A DNA stretch of 63,580 bases, counting the filler, from Trichomonas gallinae (Eukaryota): NCBI GenBank assembly GCA_008369845.1. It is 6 parts of 6 records of this genome, joined end to end, with 100 filler letters (N's around TTAATTAATTAA, not from the genome) between each part and the next. Parts side by side here need not be neighbours in the genome. Positions count along the whole stretch, not along the records: positions 41,429 to 46,121 come from MRSU01000469.1; positions 46,222 to 51,670 come from MRSU01000470.1; positions 51,771 to 63,580 come from MRSU01000476.1; 3 more parts are not named here. One strand, 5' to 3'. A program made the position numbers and the translations under genes. Below are positions 46,040 to 56,469 of this stretch, piece after piece; position 1 is the first letter of the stretch; every line of letters starts with the position of its first letter. The notes under the pieces were generated by a model, which searched no databases, had not been told where the DNA came from, and worked only from the letters and a program-made list of their open reading frames with translations.

Positions 46040-46119
46040 CCAAATCTTGATCCATTCAATTTTTCAAACTTGTTCAAATGCAGGAACACCGTTTGAATAA
46101 TTGAATGGAACAAGATTGG
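46040..46119. repeat. 80-nt imperfect foldback (hairpin) beside a gap
   Basis: ccaaatcttgatccattcaatttttcaaac (46040-46069) vs gtttgaataattgaatggaacaagattgg (46091-46119), plus an inner tgttc/gaaca pair. Confidence 0.75.
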
Positions 46120-46342
46120 CGNNNNNNNNNNNNNNNNNNNNNNNNNNNNNNNNNNNNNNNNNNNNTTAATTAATTAANNNNNNNNNNNNNNNNNNNNNNN
46201 NNNNNNNNNNNNNNNNNNNNNAGCATAAAAGAAGCGCATGTATTACCCCGAGATCAAATTTTAGGGTCGTAAAATAACGTATTTTCAGTTGAAGTACATT
46301 TTATGGTTTGTAAAATTATTTGTTTTATATCAGTTTTCCATA

Positions 46343-47341
46343 ATGAAAGTCCAATGCTCATCACATCCAAATATTGCATTAGTGAAATATTGGGGAAAAG
46401 AGAATGAACCTGAGATCACTCCGATACATGGATCATTATCAGTTACTTTAAATTTCGGAACAACAACTACAACCGCAGAATATTCGAATGATGGAACTGA
46501 CCACTTCTTTTTAAATGGCGAAAAGGCCGAAATTACACCAAGGCTGCTCACAGCTATCAAATTCTTCAATGATAATGGAAGATTACACTTTAATATTTCA
46601 TCGAAAAATAATTTTCCAACTGCAGCAGGCCTCGCATCATCAGCAGCCGGTGCGGCAGCCTTTGTTGGTGCCCTTGCTGCTCTAGTTGGCAAGACAGATG
46701 ACCCAGTGAAGTTTTGGGCTGAAAAAGGCGTCGATTTAACTTCTCTTGCGCGTAAAGTCTCAGGAAGTGGCTGCAGATCGATATATGGCGGCTTCGTGGA
46801 GTGGCTTCCTGGTTCTCCGTCCGAATCTGTTGCCATACAAACGGCAAATCAAGAACACTGGGAAGATTTCGTTGTTTTCTCTGTGATTGTCTCCGCGAAA
46901 AAGAAAGACGTTCTATCTGCAAAGGGAATGCATCTTACAGTGCAGACAGTTCCTTGGATCCAGTGGAGAGCCAAAGAAGTTGTTCCAAAAAGAATTCAAG
47001 ATGCAAAACAATATATAAACAACAAAGATTTCGAACATCTCGCTGAAATCATCATCAGAGAATCAAATGAATTACATGCTGACTGCTTAGCAACATATCC
47101 ACCAATCAAATACATGAATGACGAATCATTTAAAGTTGTTGCCGCAATTCATCAATTAAATGAGTCTAAGAATGCAATTATTGCAGCATACTCATTTGAT
47201 GCCGGGCCGAATCCATTCATTTTCACTACAAAACAAAATGAATCAATTGTTCTCGAAACATTCAAATCTATTGGCATTGATGAGTCCAAAATTACTAGAG
47301 CAACACCTTGTGAAGGTATTACTTGCAAAATTTTAGAGTAA
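46343..47341 (+). CDS. MVD: Diphosphomevalonate decarboxylase
   Basis: PNIALVKYWGK, NNFPTAAGLASSAAG, ARKVSGSGCRSIYGGFVEW, ESNELHA and YSFDAGPN. ATG at 46343. Confidence 0.95.
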   Translation: MKVQCSSHPNIALVKYWGKENEPEITPIHGSLSVTLNFGTTTTTAEYSNDGTDHFFLNGEKAEITPRLLTAIKFFNDNGRLHFNISSKNNFPTAAGLASSAAGAAAFVGALAALVGKTDDPVKFWAEKGVDLTSLARKVSGSGCRSIYGGFVEWLPGSPSESVAIQTANQEHWEDFVVFSVIVSAKKKDVLSAKGMHLTVQTVPWIQWRAKEVVPKRIQDAKQYINNKDFEHLAEIIIRESNELHADCLATYPPIKYMNDESFKVVAAIHQLNESKNAIIAAYSFDAGPNPFIFTTKQNESIVLETFKSIGIDESKITRATPCEGITCKILE

Positions 47342-47596
47342 TTTTATTATCAAATAAAATATTAGATATTAATCATAGTTTTATAATCATTTATATTTGT
47401 ATGTTTAAAAATCTATAATATTTTAATATTTTCGAGTCAACATTTTTTGAAATTAGAATTCAAAAATTAAAATTATTAAAAAAAAACATTAAATATCAAG
47501 TTTTTAAAGCATATATAATTGATATATTTTTTATTCTATTAGTTATAATAAAGAAAAAGAAAAAATCAAATTTTTAATAAAATAATAACAAAAACT

Positions 47597-50500
47597 TTAT
47601 TGAGCGTTTTCAATTTCAATTCCTGTAAGGTCCAAATCTTTCATGGCGTCAATTCTCAGGTGCTCTGATCCTTCAGTTTCTGTGATTAACTGTTTCATCT
47701 TCAATACAACAGCCATCATTGTCTTCTGGACAGGTGGAATCAGAGCCATCATAGCTTTATCCTTCTTCTGTGCTGAAATCTCTCTGATGAATCCAATCTT
47801 AGAGTTCAAGACTCTTCTGACGAACTTGATATATCCTTCATAGCCTCTGACTAAATCGGATTCAACTTGAAAAGCGTCTTTGAAGAATTCGAATAAAGTC
47901 ATACTTGTGCTTATCCATTGATTTCCGTATTTGACTGCGTCTCTGTGTATATTTGGCTGCAATCCATTTGACGTTGTTGTCATTAGCAAGGCCTTTGTGC
48001 TCTTGGCAAGTTCATCGAGTTCATTCATAACCGCTAGAATGTTTTGCTCATCAAGATGCACGCCTTTCTTTGAAACCCTTGATGCAATTTCCTCCAAGTT
48101 TTTGTTTATCACGCTAAATGTCTGCTGGAAGAAATATATTGCTGTCTTTGAGTTTATCGTTGGCCATTCTTCATTGACTTTATCTCCCTTGTATACTTCA
48201 GGGCATAGTACGTCATTTGCGAATACATTGACATCATCGTTGAGCTGTGGATTATGCTCAAAGAATATATTCAAGATTTGCTTCACAATTTTGCTGTCTA
48301 ATGTTTTATCATCCGTATGAAGAATCTCTCTGCATCTTGTGTTTAATACATTAACTTCTTCGCCTTGTTTATCGATTCTAACACTTGGTCCGCTATGTAA
48401 TATTGTTCTCATTAACTTGACAAAACCGCATTTAACGATTACTGGCATTTCTTCTGATATCATTCCATCGAAGAATTTAAATGTCTTCTTTCTATTTCTA
48501 TTTCCCGAAACAGTACTTAATAAATCGCTGTAGAGTTGTTCATTAATCCTGTAGCATGGCAAAACAAACTGGTTTGATAAAACCTCGAGAACTTGTATTG
48601 TCATTGATTCGGCTTTTCTGTGATCACTTTTGATTAGATATGGTAATAATGTGTTTGTGAGCCACTGGACAACTTCCATTGGAGGAACTTCGACTGATTT
48701 TAGTTTGAATGGATACTCTATTGGTTCTGCTCCATCTTTCTTTTTCTTCTTAGGTTCTATTAGCGTTGAATATGCATTCAAACATCTCAATAGTTGTCTG
48801 TATTTGTTGTCATCTAAAGGAAGATGAATGCCAAGCATTAACTTAGCGAAATCAATATTAGGAGTTATAAAGTAACACTGGAGCTCATTGATGAAGAAAG
48901 CTGATTTATCTTCTTTGGTATTCGACTTTTTTGCGATAGATTCAACTTTAGGAATAACAGGAACATTGTTTGTTAATTTTGATAAATCGATTTTTTCTGA
49001 ATAAGCGCTCAACAATAAATCATCAATTTCTATCAGATGGTCAATTCTTTCGTATATTACTTCTTCTTTTTTAGAAGCGTAATGGTTTATTATGTCCATT
49101 ATCCAATTATGCGCCATATATAATATTTCTAGTTCTTTTAATACGTTTTCATGTTCAGTTAATTTGAATAAGTGAAGTGGTAGTTTTAGCACATCATATG
49201 TTTCTCCTTCAACTGAATCTGCGCAGCTCAAAAACAAGCATAATGCTCCATGAGAGAAAAGATAAACAGAGTTAGGGAGGTTCGATGATCTTATTGGTGT
49301 CTGTGTGCTTTGTGTTGAAATTGTTGTCATTGCTGCTTCATTGAGCATCACAGCTCTATCCCAATCTTCGCCAATTCCGAATTTTTCTATTTCTTCATCA
49401 TGTGTTGGTGTCAAAATTGATTCAAGATGTTCCTTTAGTCTATTATACAATAGTTGATTCAACGCTGGAACATCTGGTCTATCGTCTTCTAGTTCTTGGT
49501 ATAACAATGAAATGTTTGATTGTATGTTTGATGCTTTTTCGATAACTTTCGAAAAATGGTCTTGTATAGGTGTAGTATCTTCAGTGCATATCTCTGCGTA
49601 TCTCTTTAAAACAGCAGCGGCTGCAATAATTCCATACCTAGATTCCTTGCTGAAACTTCCAACTAATTTGCCAATGTAAACTAACAGCTGTGAGCCAGCA
49701 TTTGCTATAATACTCTGCTGGTCAGTAAAAGCTAATCTGACAACAACAGAAACAGCAATTTTGAAAATAGATAAAGGCATCTGCATAAACGAATACAATA
49801 ATGCATCAAGCATGTGCGAATGGAATTGTAATTTTTCTGGAAATTTCAAACTCATCTTGTTTAGTAAATTAACTGCATTTGATTTGTTTATATCTCCGCC
49901 AATTCCTATCTGTTGTAAAATTGATGCTAGTATGTCTTGTTGCACTTCGAGGCTCTGTATTTCAGAGAATGCGCTCATTGCAATTAAATTACCTGCATCA
50001 AGAATTTCATTCGAGGAAGAATCTAGCATCCAAGAAATTATATCGGTTATTGAATTAGATATGTTACTTATTGCTGTTCCGTGCCCTTTTATCGCGTTTT
50101 CGATTGTATCTTCGTTGATTGATTTGGAATGGACAAGTTTCGTGATTAAATTATGTGTTTCTGGTCTTCTTCCTATTATTCTATATAAACAGAATAAAAA
50201 CCAAATATCGATTGTTTCCAGTTCAAGTGTATCCAAGATTTCTTTAATATATGCGTTTGTAAATTCCGGATTTTGTGTGAGATTGTTATTGAGGGTAATA
50301 ATGAATGATAAGTCAGTATCATCGTGTTCTGAAACAGAAGAAATCACAAGATTCTCGCGGAAAGCTTGTACTGTTGTTTGCGAATTATTTTTATCTGTTG
50401 TTTTGATTAAATACTCAAGAACAACATTTAGCTCGCTTGGATTAACTGCTGCTAGGGAGTTTTTCATTACGTTTTCTCTGATTGTTGTTTTTTCTTCATC

Positions 50501-51100
50501 TGAAAATTGGAAATTTTCAAAACATTCTAAAATGTCTTTTGTAAGTGATGGTTTTTCGATCATGAGATCGTTTAATCCTTTAAGTATTTCTGGAGAAGCG
50601 TCTAATATCAAGTGGAGGGAACTTATAATTAATGGTTGAAATTTTGCATTTGCATTGTTAATAGCATCGATAATTGCATTTGTGACTTTCTCTGGTTCGT
50701 AAATTTTTGAATGAAATTTCATACTTTCTAAAATTAAATTTACATTTTTTCTAGGAGCGTCCATTGAAACTTCAATATCTGTCAATGATATGTATTGGCA
50801 TAATGTTTCAATAACACTTGTCTGAAATTTCTTGTTTCCGATTAATATTTTAACAAATGAAATTAATGAATTTTTTGGTGGTGTAAGCCACTTGTTAAGT
50901 ACTTCAGGATTACTTAAATTGTTGCAAATCGTATGTATTGCCTTCTGTAATTCTTCATCTGTAAACTTATCTGTAAGTTTTTGTAATTTCGAGGTGATTT
51001 GGCTCGGATGCAATGCAAATTCTATTGTTCCATCGCGATTCAAGTTAACTCCGATGGATGTCAACAATTCCAGCCCTTTCTTATCATCATAACTAGCCAT
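47597..51100 (-). CDS. FANCD2: Fanconi anemia group D2 protein-like
   Basis: LILESMKFHSKIYEPEKVTNAII...FQPLIISSLHLIL parallels the FANCD2 N-terminal block. LLVYIGKLVGS..RYGIIAA parallels MHLVIRKQLSS..KLIGIIGA. Confidence 0.7.
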   Translation of the reverse strand: MASYDDKKGLELLTSIGVNLNRDGTIEFALHPSQITSKLQKLTDKFTDEELQKAIHTICNNLSNPEVLNKWLTPPKNSLISFVKILIGNKKFQTSVIETLCQYISLTDIEVSMDAPRKNVNLILESMKFHSKIYEPEKVTNAIIDAINNANAKFQPLIISSLHLILDASPEILKGLNDLMIEKPSLTKDILECFENFQFSDEEKTTIRENVMKNSLAAVNPSELNVVLEYLIKTTDKNNSQTTVQAFRENLVISSVSEHDDTDLSFIITLNNNLTQNPEFTNAYIKEILDTLELETIDIWFLFCLYRIIGRRPETHNLITKLVHSKSINEDTIENAIKGHGTAISNISNSITDIISWMLDSSSNEILDAGNLIAMSAFSEIQSLEVQQDILASILQQIGIGGDINKSNAVNLLNKMSLKFPEKLQFHSHMLDALLYSFMQMPLSIFKIAVSVVVRLAFTDQQSIIANAGSQLLVYIGKLVGSFSKESRYGIIAAAAVLKRYAEICTEDTTPIQDHFSKVIEKASNIQSNISLLYQELEDDRPDVPALNQLLYNRLKEHLESILTPTHDEEIEKFGIGEDWDRAVMLNEAAMTTISTQSTQTPIRSSNLPNSVYLFSHGALCLFLSCADSVEGETYDVLKLPLHLFKLTEHENVLKELEILYMAHNWIMDIINHYASKKEEVIYERIDHLIEIDDLLLSAYSEKIDLSKLTNNVPVIPKVESIAKKSNTKEDKSAFFINELQCYFITPNIDFAKLMLGIHLPLDDNKYRQLLRCLNAYSTLIEPKKKKKDGAEPIEYPFKLKSVEVPPMEVVQWLTNTLLPYLIKSDHRKAESMTIQVLEVLSNQFVLPCYRINEQLYSDLLSTVSGNRNRKKTFKFFDGMISEEMPVIVKCGFVKLMRTILHSGPSVRIDKQGEEVNVLNTRCREILHTDDKTLDSKIVKQILNIFFEHNPQLNDDVNVFANDVLCPEVYKGDKVNEEWPTINSKTAIYFFQQTFSVINKNLEEIASRVSKKGVHLDEQNILAVMNELDELAKSTKALLMTTTSNGLQPNIHRDAVKYGNQWISTSMTLFEFFKDAFQVESDLVRGYEGYIKFVRRVLNSKIGFIREISAQKKDKAMMALIPPVQKTMMAVVLKMKQLITETEGSEHLRIDAMKDLDLTGIEIENAQ

Positions 51101-51178
51101 CTAAAAAAAAAATTTTTATAACTTCCTCGAGGAAACAGATTAAACAGGGTCTACCCTAAATTATATAACCTTAAACTT

Positions 51179-51394
51179 GGAATAGATGTCAACACAAAAG
51201 ACTATGAAAATTGGACAGCTTAGTCTTACGCTTCAGTTAATAGTTATCATGAAGTGGTCAAACTACTTCTCGCAGTTCCTGGAATAGATGTCAACGCAAA
51301 AAAAAACATATTTAACAAAACAGCTTTGATAAGTGCTTCAGAAAACGGTCATCATGAAATCGTAATATTGTTGAAAGCCCATGAAGCAATTTAA
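51179..51394 (+). pseudogene. Ankyrin-repeat 3' fragment with an in-frame stop
   Basis: GIDVNTKDYENWTA*SYASVNSYHEVVKLLLAVPGIDVNAKKNIFNKTALISASENGHHEIVILL; no start codon. Confidence 0.85.
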
Positions 51395-51591
51395 TTAATT
51401 ATTGATTTTAACATAATAAATGATTCTATATTGACCAAAATAAATTATATTACAGATGAGCTATAAATAATTAAATATAAGACCAAAGGCGAAGATAGAA
51501 ACTCAACAGCCCTGATGTTTCTAAACTAGCCAGTGTCGCATTATCGAAATCTCTTGGTGTTAAATTAAGATAAATTTTGTGTTTTTATATA

Positions 51592-51670
51592 TTAAGGGAC
51601 CGTTCTAACCGTTTTTTGTAAACTTTACAACGGAAAAAATTTTGCATTTTTGCACCTATTTTGATCAAGA
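51592..51670 (+). mobile_element. TTAA-flanked Kolobok-like element end, copy B, running into a gap
   Basis: TTAA-GGGACCGTTCTAACC..., 60/67 identical to 45745-45811. Confidence 0.6.
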
Positions 51671-51782
51671 NNNNNNNNNNNNNNNNNNNNNNNNNNNNNN
51701 NNNNNNNNNNNNNNTTAATTAATTAANNNNNNNNNNNNNNNNNNNNNNNNNNNNNNNNNNNNNNNNNNNNCTGCTATATTCC

Positions 51783-51815
<33 letters not shown>

Positions 51816-51816
<1 letters not shown>

Positions 51817-51894
51817 TGTTGATATCTCTTCTAAGAACTGTAAGAAGGAGCTTGGCAATTTCATGATGATCTTTTTCTGAATACTTAATTAAAG
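51816..51894 (-). pseudogene. Ankyrin-repeat remnant followed by (CA)n/poly-A
   Basis: The minus strand translates ALIKYSEKDHHEIAKLLLTVLRRDINT, homologous to the 51179 fragment. Confidence 0.65.
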
Positions 51895-52138
51895 CCACAT
51901 GGAGAGGAATATCTAACTATGTATTATGAGGGAAAATCTAGTTTCGATAGAATAACTGGTGCTTATATAGTTCATCAAATTCTATGCCGAGACGAACAAA
52001 TTGAGCATTACATGATAAGGTATTTTGTTGAGTATTTGAAATTAGGCTAACTTTTTCATAGAACTGTTAAAACCGGAAAAACCGTTTGTCAAAAATTTAA
52101 ATGCGTGCAAATAAAAGCATAAGTTATGCAAATGCTGA

Positions 52139-54637
52139 ATGAATGTTCTTGTTTTATGCATACTGTCTCGCTCCGTTACAGATGACTCAAAAACAGGCGC
52201 AAAATATACAGATGATTACAAATCGTTAGTTTTATTACCAGAATCTTTTTCTGGAGACTTTGAAGTCCCATCAAGTGTAGAAACAATCCTTGGTGGAGAA
52301 AATTTAGATTCTAGTCCATTTAATCGATGCCGCAAAAAGATTTTGAATATTAACTTTGCCGCAAATAGCAACATCAGCAGTATCTGTAAATTCTGCTTTT
52401 CTGATTCCTCAGTGATAAGTGTTGATATGAGTCAATGCAGCCTATTGCTTTCTCTGAATGTTTCTATATTCAGTTCATGCACCAAATTAGTATCAATAAA
52501 GCTCCCTCCTAATATTAAACTTATTAAATCAAGAGCATTTCTTTCCACCGAATCTTTAACTAGTATTGAAATCCCTGATTCATTAGAAAAGATCGAAGAC
52601 TGGGTATTTGGATATTCTGGAATTGAATCCGTAATAATTACAAAAAATTCAAATATGAGTACATTGCTAACTGATGCATTCAATTTGGCAAAATTAAAAT
52701 CATTTTTCATACCAAAAAAGTTGACTTATTTTGTAGGCTCAGTTTTTGCAGGCTGCCCTATTGTACAATTCAGAATTGATGAAAACAATCCAAAATATAA
52801 AACTGATGGACTCAGAATCTATACAGGAACAAATAATGACACTCTAGTTTTCGTTTCATCTTATCTCACAGATTCTTTGAATATTCCTTCCTATGTCACA
52901 AGTATTTCTGGATCAGCAATACGTGGAAGCTTCTCACAACATCCTGTTTTCCCAGACACAGTTACATCAATTGGAACTTGGGTTTTTTGTCAGTGCAAAA
53001 TTGTTGATTTTCGTTTTCCACCAAAAGTAACAACAGTCTCAACCTCCACATTCTTCGGATGTAGGTATTTGACCACTGTTTATTTGACAGATAATATTAC
53101 TTCTATTGAAAATCAAGCGTTCTATGAATGTCCGAAACTGAAAAATATTATTTTACCGAAAAACTTAGTTAGCATTGGCACTGAAGTATTTATTAATTGT
53201 GATTCTTTGACAGAATTAACTTTGCCAGCTAGCTTTAAGAATATTTCAGATGGTGCTATTGTGAACTGTTATCAACTTGTTGTCAAGTCACTCAGCTCAT
53301 TTGTTATAGTCGATAACAACGTTATGTACACAAATTCTGGTGCGACTCTCATCACATTCTTCCAGTCTTCTTCATCTTCTGCTGTTGACATCAAAATTCC
53401 TAAATCATGCAGTGTTGTTGGCAAAGGCAGCTTTGCGAGCAAGAACATCAAATCAGTCACATTCTCAGACAACCCAAGTGTAATCATTTCTTCACACGCG
53501 TTTGAATCATCTTCAATCACATCTATCGAATTCCCATCAGGTCTTACGTCAATCGGTTCTAATGCATTCAATGGGTGCAAAATGCTCACCAAAGTCACAT
53601 TTGGTTCTAACACAAACATCGATCGCATCCCAGACTACTGCTTCTGCGACAACGTGAAATTGAGCTCCATTAGACTTCCAACCACGATCACATCCATCGG
53701 TCAGTATTCTTTTGCGAACACACAATTGCTTGGTGACATTAGTCTGACGAACACAGGCACAATAACAATCGACCGCAACGCATTCTCTAACTCAGGTATC
53801 ACAAACGGAAACCTCCCATCAAGCATCACATCGATCGGCATCTACGCATTTGAACACTCTAGCATCACGTCATTCTCAGTATTCTGCGATGTCTCACAGT
53901 ACTGCTGCAGCGGCTGCACTCGTCTTTCCACTCTTACACTTAGTGGAAGCATCAGCATAATCGACATCAGCTCATTCGACGGTTGCTATTCATTGGGTAG
54001 CTTTGTTATCCCAAGCGGAGTCACAACGATCCAAGAGTATGCATTCCGCGGCTGCACATCTCTTTCATCAGTTGAACTGAGTCTGAACTCACAACTCAAA
54101 GAGATATACGGCGGCTGTTTCATTGGATGTGAAAATCTGAAGACCATCAAAGTCTCAGCCTCCGACACAAAGTTCAAGTTCAGCAACGGCGCTCTGACAA
54201 ATTACGAGCAGACTCAGCTTATCACGTTCCTCCCATACAGCGACGTCCCGAACTACGTTGTCCCTACAGGCATGGTTTCTATTGGTAACTATGCATTCAT
54301 GGGCAGCGTCAACCTTATGCGCATCATGTTCAACGGCATCAATATCAAATCGATCGGTTACTGTGCTTTCAAAGACTGCCGTCGCCTTATTCTCGTCTAT
54401 TTCTCTTCAAACTCCATTTCTGAAATTGGTACTCGAGCATTTGAAGGCTGCCGTGGCTTGCACCAATGTGGCTCTATTGTTGTTCCGAGTGACCGTCATC
54501 AACTTTTCACTAAAATCGGCATCCCTTCAGTTGCATTTGCTTTGTCATGTCCAGACTCCATCTGTCCTTCATGCAACTGCAGACCATATGTTTCAATATC
54601 CTATCTCACACCTTTCATTATCTTATTAAATTCATAA
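52139..54637 (+). CDS. BspA-like leucine-rich-repeat (TpLRR) surface protein
   Basis: Many LxxIxLPxxLxxIgxxAFxxCxxL repeats, an N-terminal signal-like segment, and a Cys-rich plus hydrophobic C-terminus. Confidence 0.93.
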   Translation: MNVLVLCILSRSVTDDSKTGAKYTDDYKSLVLLPESFSGDFEVPSSVETILGGENLDSSPFNRCRKKILNINFAANSNISSICKFCFSDSSVISVDMSQCSLLLSLNVSIFSSCTKLVSIKLPPNIKLIKSRAFLSTESLTSIEIPDSLEKIEDWVFGYSGIESVIITKNSNMSTLLTDAFNLAKLKSFFIPKKLTYFVGSVFAGCPIVQFRIDENNPKYKTDGLRIYTGTNNDTLVFVSSYLTDSLNIPSYVTSISGSAIRGSFSQHPVFPDTVTSIGTWVFCQCKIVDFRFPPKVTTVSTSTFFGCRYLTTVYLTDNITSIENQAFYECPKLKNIILPKNLVSIGTEVFINCDSLTELTLPASFKNISDGAIVNCYQLVVKSLSSFVIVDNNVMYTNSGATLITFFQSSSSSAVDIKIPKSCSVVGKGSFASKNIKSVTFSDNPSVIISSHAFESSSITSIEFPSGLTSIGSNAFNGCKMLTKVTFGSNTNIDRIPDYCFCDNVKLSSIRLPTTITSIGQYSFANTQLLGDISLTNTGTITIDRNAFSNSGITNGNLPSSITSIGIYAFEHSSITSFSVFCDVSQYCCSGCTRLSTLTLSGSISIIDISSFDGCYSLGSFVIPSGVTTIQEYAFRGCTSLSSVELSLNSQLKEIYGGCFIGCENLKTIKVSASDTKFKFSNGALTNYEQTQLITFLPYSDVPNYVVPTGMVSIGNYAFMGSVNLMRIMFNGINIKSIGYCAFKDCRRLILVYFSSNSISEIGTRAFEGCRGLHQCGSIVVPSDRHQLFTKIGIPSVAFALSCPDSICPSCNCRPYVSISYLTPFIILLNS

Positions 54638-55359
54638 ATATTTGTATTTCTCTTATTGATTCTTATATATAATTAGTAATGACTTCTTATCTACAATTCT
54701 AAAAGATTGTTCATGAAAATTTAATTCATAAATACTTATTCATATGAAGTTGTCAAACTTCTTCTTGCAAATCCTATAATAGTTGTAAGCATCATAACAT
54801 TAGTGTCTGGCGATAATCTTTACAAAATTTGCTTGACTGTATAATAAAAGCTTTGTACTTCATATTGCATTAAATATTGATACAAATTTTGATAAAATAT
54901 GAATTTGCAAAAATATTTCAAATTCGATATTTCAAATTGATTTCTATATATGATCTTTTAAATTCAAGATATAGATGATGTTGAGATTTGAAATCTTAAA
55001 TATCAATGTATTTGGAGCTTAATATTTTGAAATCTTTTTGAATTTTGTATCCGAAGCATTAGCTATTGAAAATTATGTTATTTATAAGTTTGATAAAATA
55101 AATATCAATGTGAGTATTTTCAAAACCAATTATAAATTTAATTCAATTTTTCATTTTGATTTTTCTCTATTTGCAATAGCAGGAACTCTCCATTTTCCAG
55201 TATCTGTGATGAAAACATCAATGTTGTTGCTAGTTCATTTAATAAAAAAATTTCACACAAAAATAAAAGATAGGAAGAAATCTATTATGAAATATTGTGA
55301 ATCTATGGAAATACAATAATATGCAAGTAGTTTAAAACAAAAAATACAAAACATTTTAA

Positions 55360-56469
55360 TTAATACATAGCAACCTTAGCATTAGTCATGGAATCATCCT
55401 TTGCTAGTTTTGAGTGCCTCGACCCAATCGGAACTTTGCGAACTAAATCTATAATTGGCGATAATTCAACTGTACAGATTGATTTAGCCTTTCCTGTAGG
55501 GAAAGTGGGCCTAACTATCAATGATTTCTTGTTGACTGTCGCCGATGCAGGCGAGTTGTAGCCAAAAGAAGACCTCTGAGGGAAAGGCTGGTCTTTTATA
55601 GTTCTCGTAGAATTTTTAGGCCTTCCAAACGAGAAATCGAAGTTGTCAATAAGCCAAGGAAGAGTTCTAACCTCCTCAGCCGACGGCCTCAAGCTTGGAT
55701 TTGGATTCATTAGATTTTGAATCAAATGTCGAATATTTGGTGAAACTGTAATAGGAACAACGAAGTTCGCGTTCATGATCTGTTGTAGTAATAAAGCCTG
55801 GTTTGTCTCCGTCCAAGGCAAAGAACCAGTCGCCATCGCGAAAATTACGACACCGAGCGACCACATGTCTCCTTTCTTCCCATCGTATGGAATATTCGAG
55901 ATAATTTCCGGCGGCGCGTAAAACGGCGAACCGCATGGTGTCGAAAGCATTTGTTTTTCGGATGTTGAATGACAAAGTCCAAAATCTGCAAGCTTGACGT
56001 TGAGATCGGAATCTAGTAGTATATTTTCTGGCTTGATGTCTCTGTGCGCGATATTTCTGCCGTGTAAATAGCATAATGCGTCGACCAACTGTACGAGCAT
56101 ATGTTTGATCTGATAATCAGCGAGAACTCCATTCTGCAGGAGATAGGAGAAAAGTTCTCCGCGAGAGCAGTACTCCATGACGACTATAATCAATTTTTCT
56201 TGGTATACGATATCATGAATTCTTACAATGTTGGGGTGATCTAATGTTTGTAGCATCCTAAGCTCTTGTTCGAATCTGTCGAATATTTTCTCCTTAATCA
56301 AAAGTTCCCTAGACACAACTTTGCAAGCAAATAATTCATTTGTTTTCGGACTTTCTACTAAAATCACTGTAGAAAAGGCCCCGGAGCCAATTTTCTTGAC
56401 ATAGGCGTATTTGCCAAAGTGTTGCGGAATCTCTACGTGGTATGAATCGTCGATAACATCACTAATCAT
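55360..56469 (-). CDS. CAMK-group Ser/Thr kinase (SNF1/MARK-like)
   Basis: GSGAFS, ACK, HRDIKPEN, DFG, TPCGSPFYAPPE and DMWSLGV. First in-frame ATG at 56469. Confidence 0.92.
   Translation of the reverse strand: MISDVIDDSYHVEIPQHFGKYAYVKKIGSGAFSTVILVESPKTNELFACKVVSRELLIKEKIFDRFEQELRMLQTLDHPNIVRIHDIVYQEKLIIVVMEYCSRGELFSYLLQNGVLADYQIKHMLVQLVDALCYLHGRNIAHRDIKPENILLDSDLNVKLADFGLCHSTSEKQMLSTPCGSPFYAPPEIISNIPYDGKKGDMWSLGVVIFAMATGSLPWTETNQALLLQQIMNANFVVPITVSPNIRHLIQNLMNPNPSLRPSAEEVRTLPWLIDNFDFSFGRPKNSTRTIKDQPFPQRSSFGYNSPASATVNKKSLIVRPTFPTGKAKSICTVELSPIIDLVRKVPIGSRHSKLAKDDSMTNAKVAMY

Noticed and set aside
22101..51770. TTAATTAATTAA palindrome repeated five times
   Set aside because: Always centred in 44+44 Ns, so it is an artificial six-frame-stop linker, not biology. 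ORF 22145-22384 crossing it is spurious.
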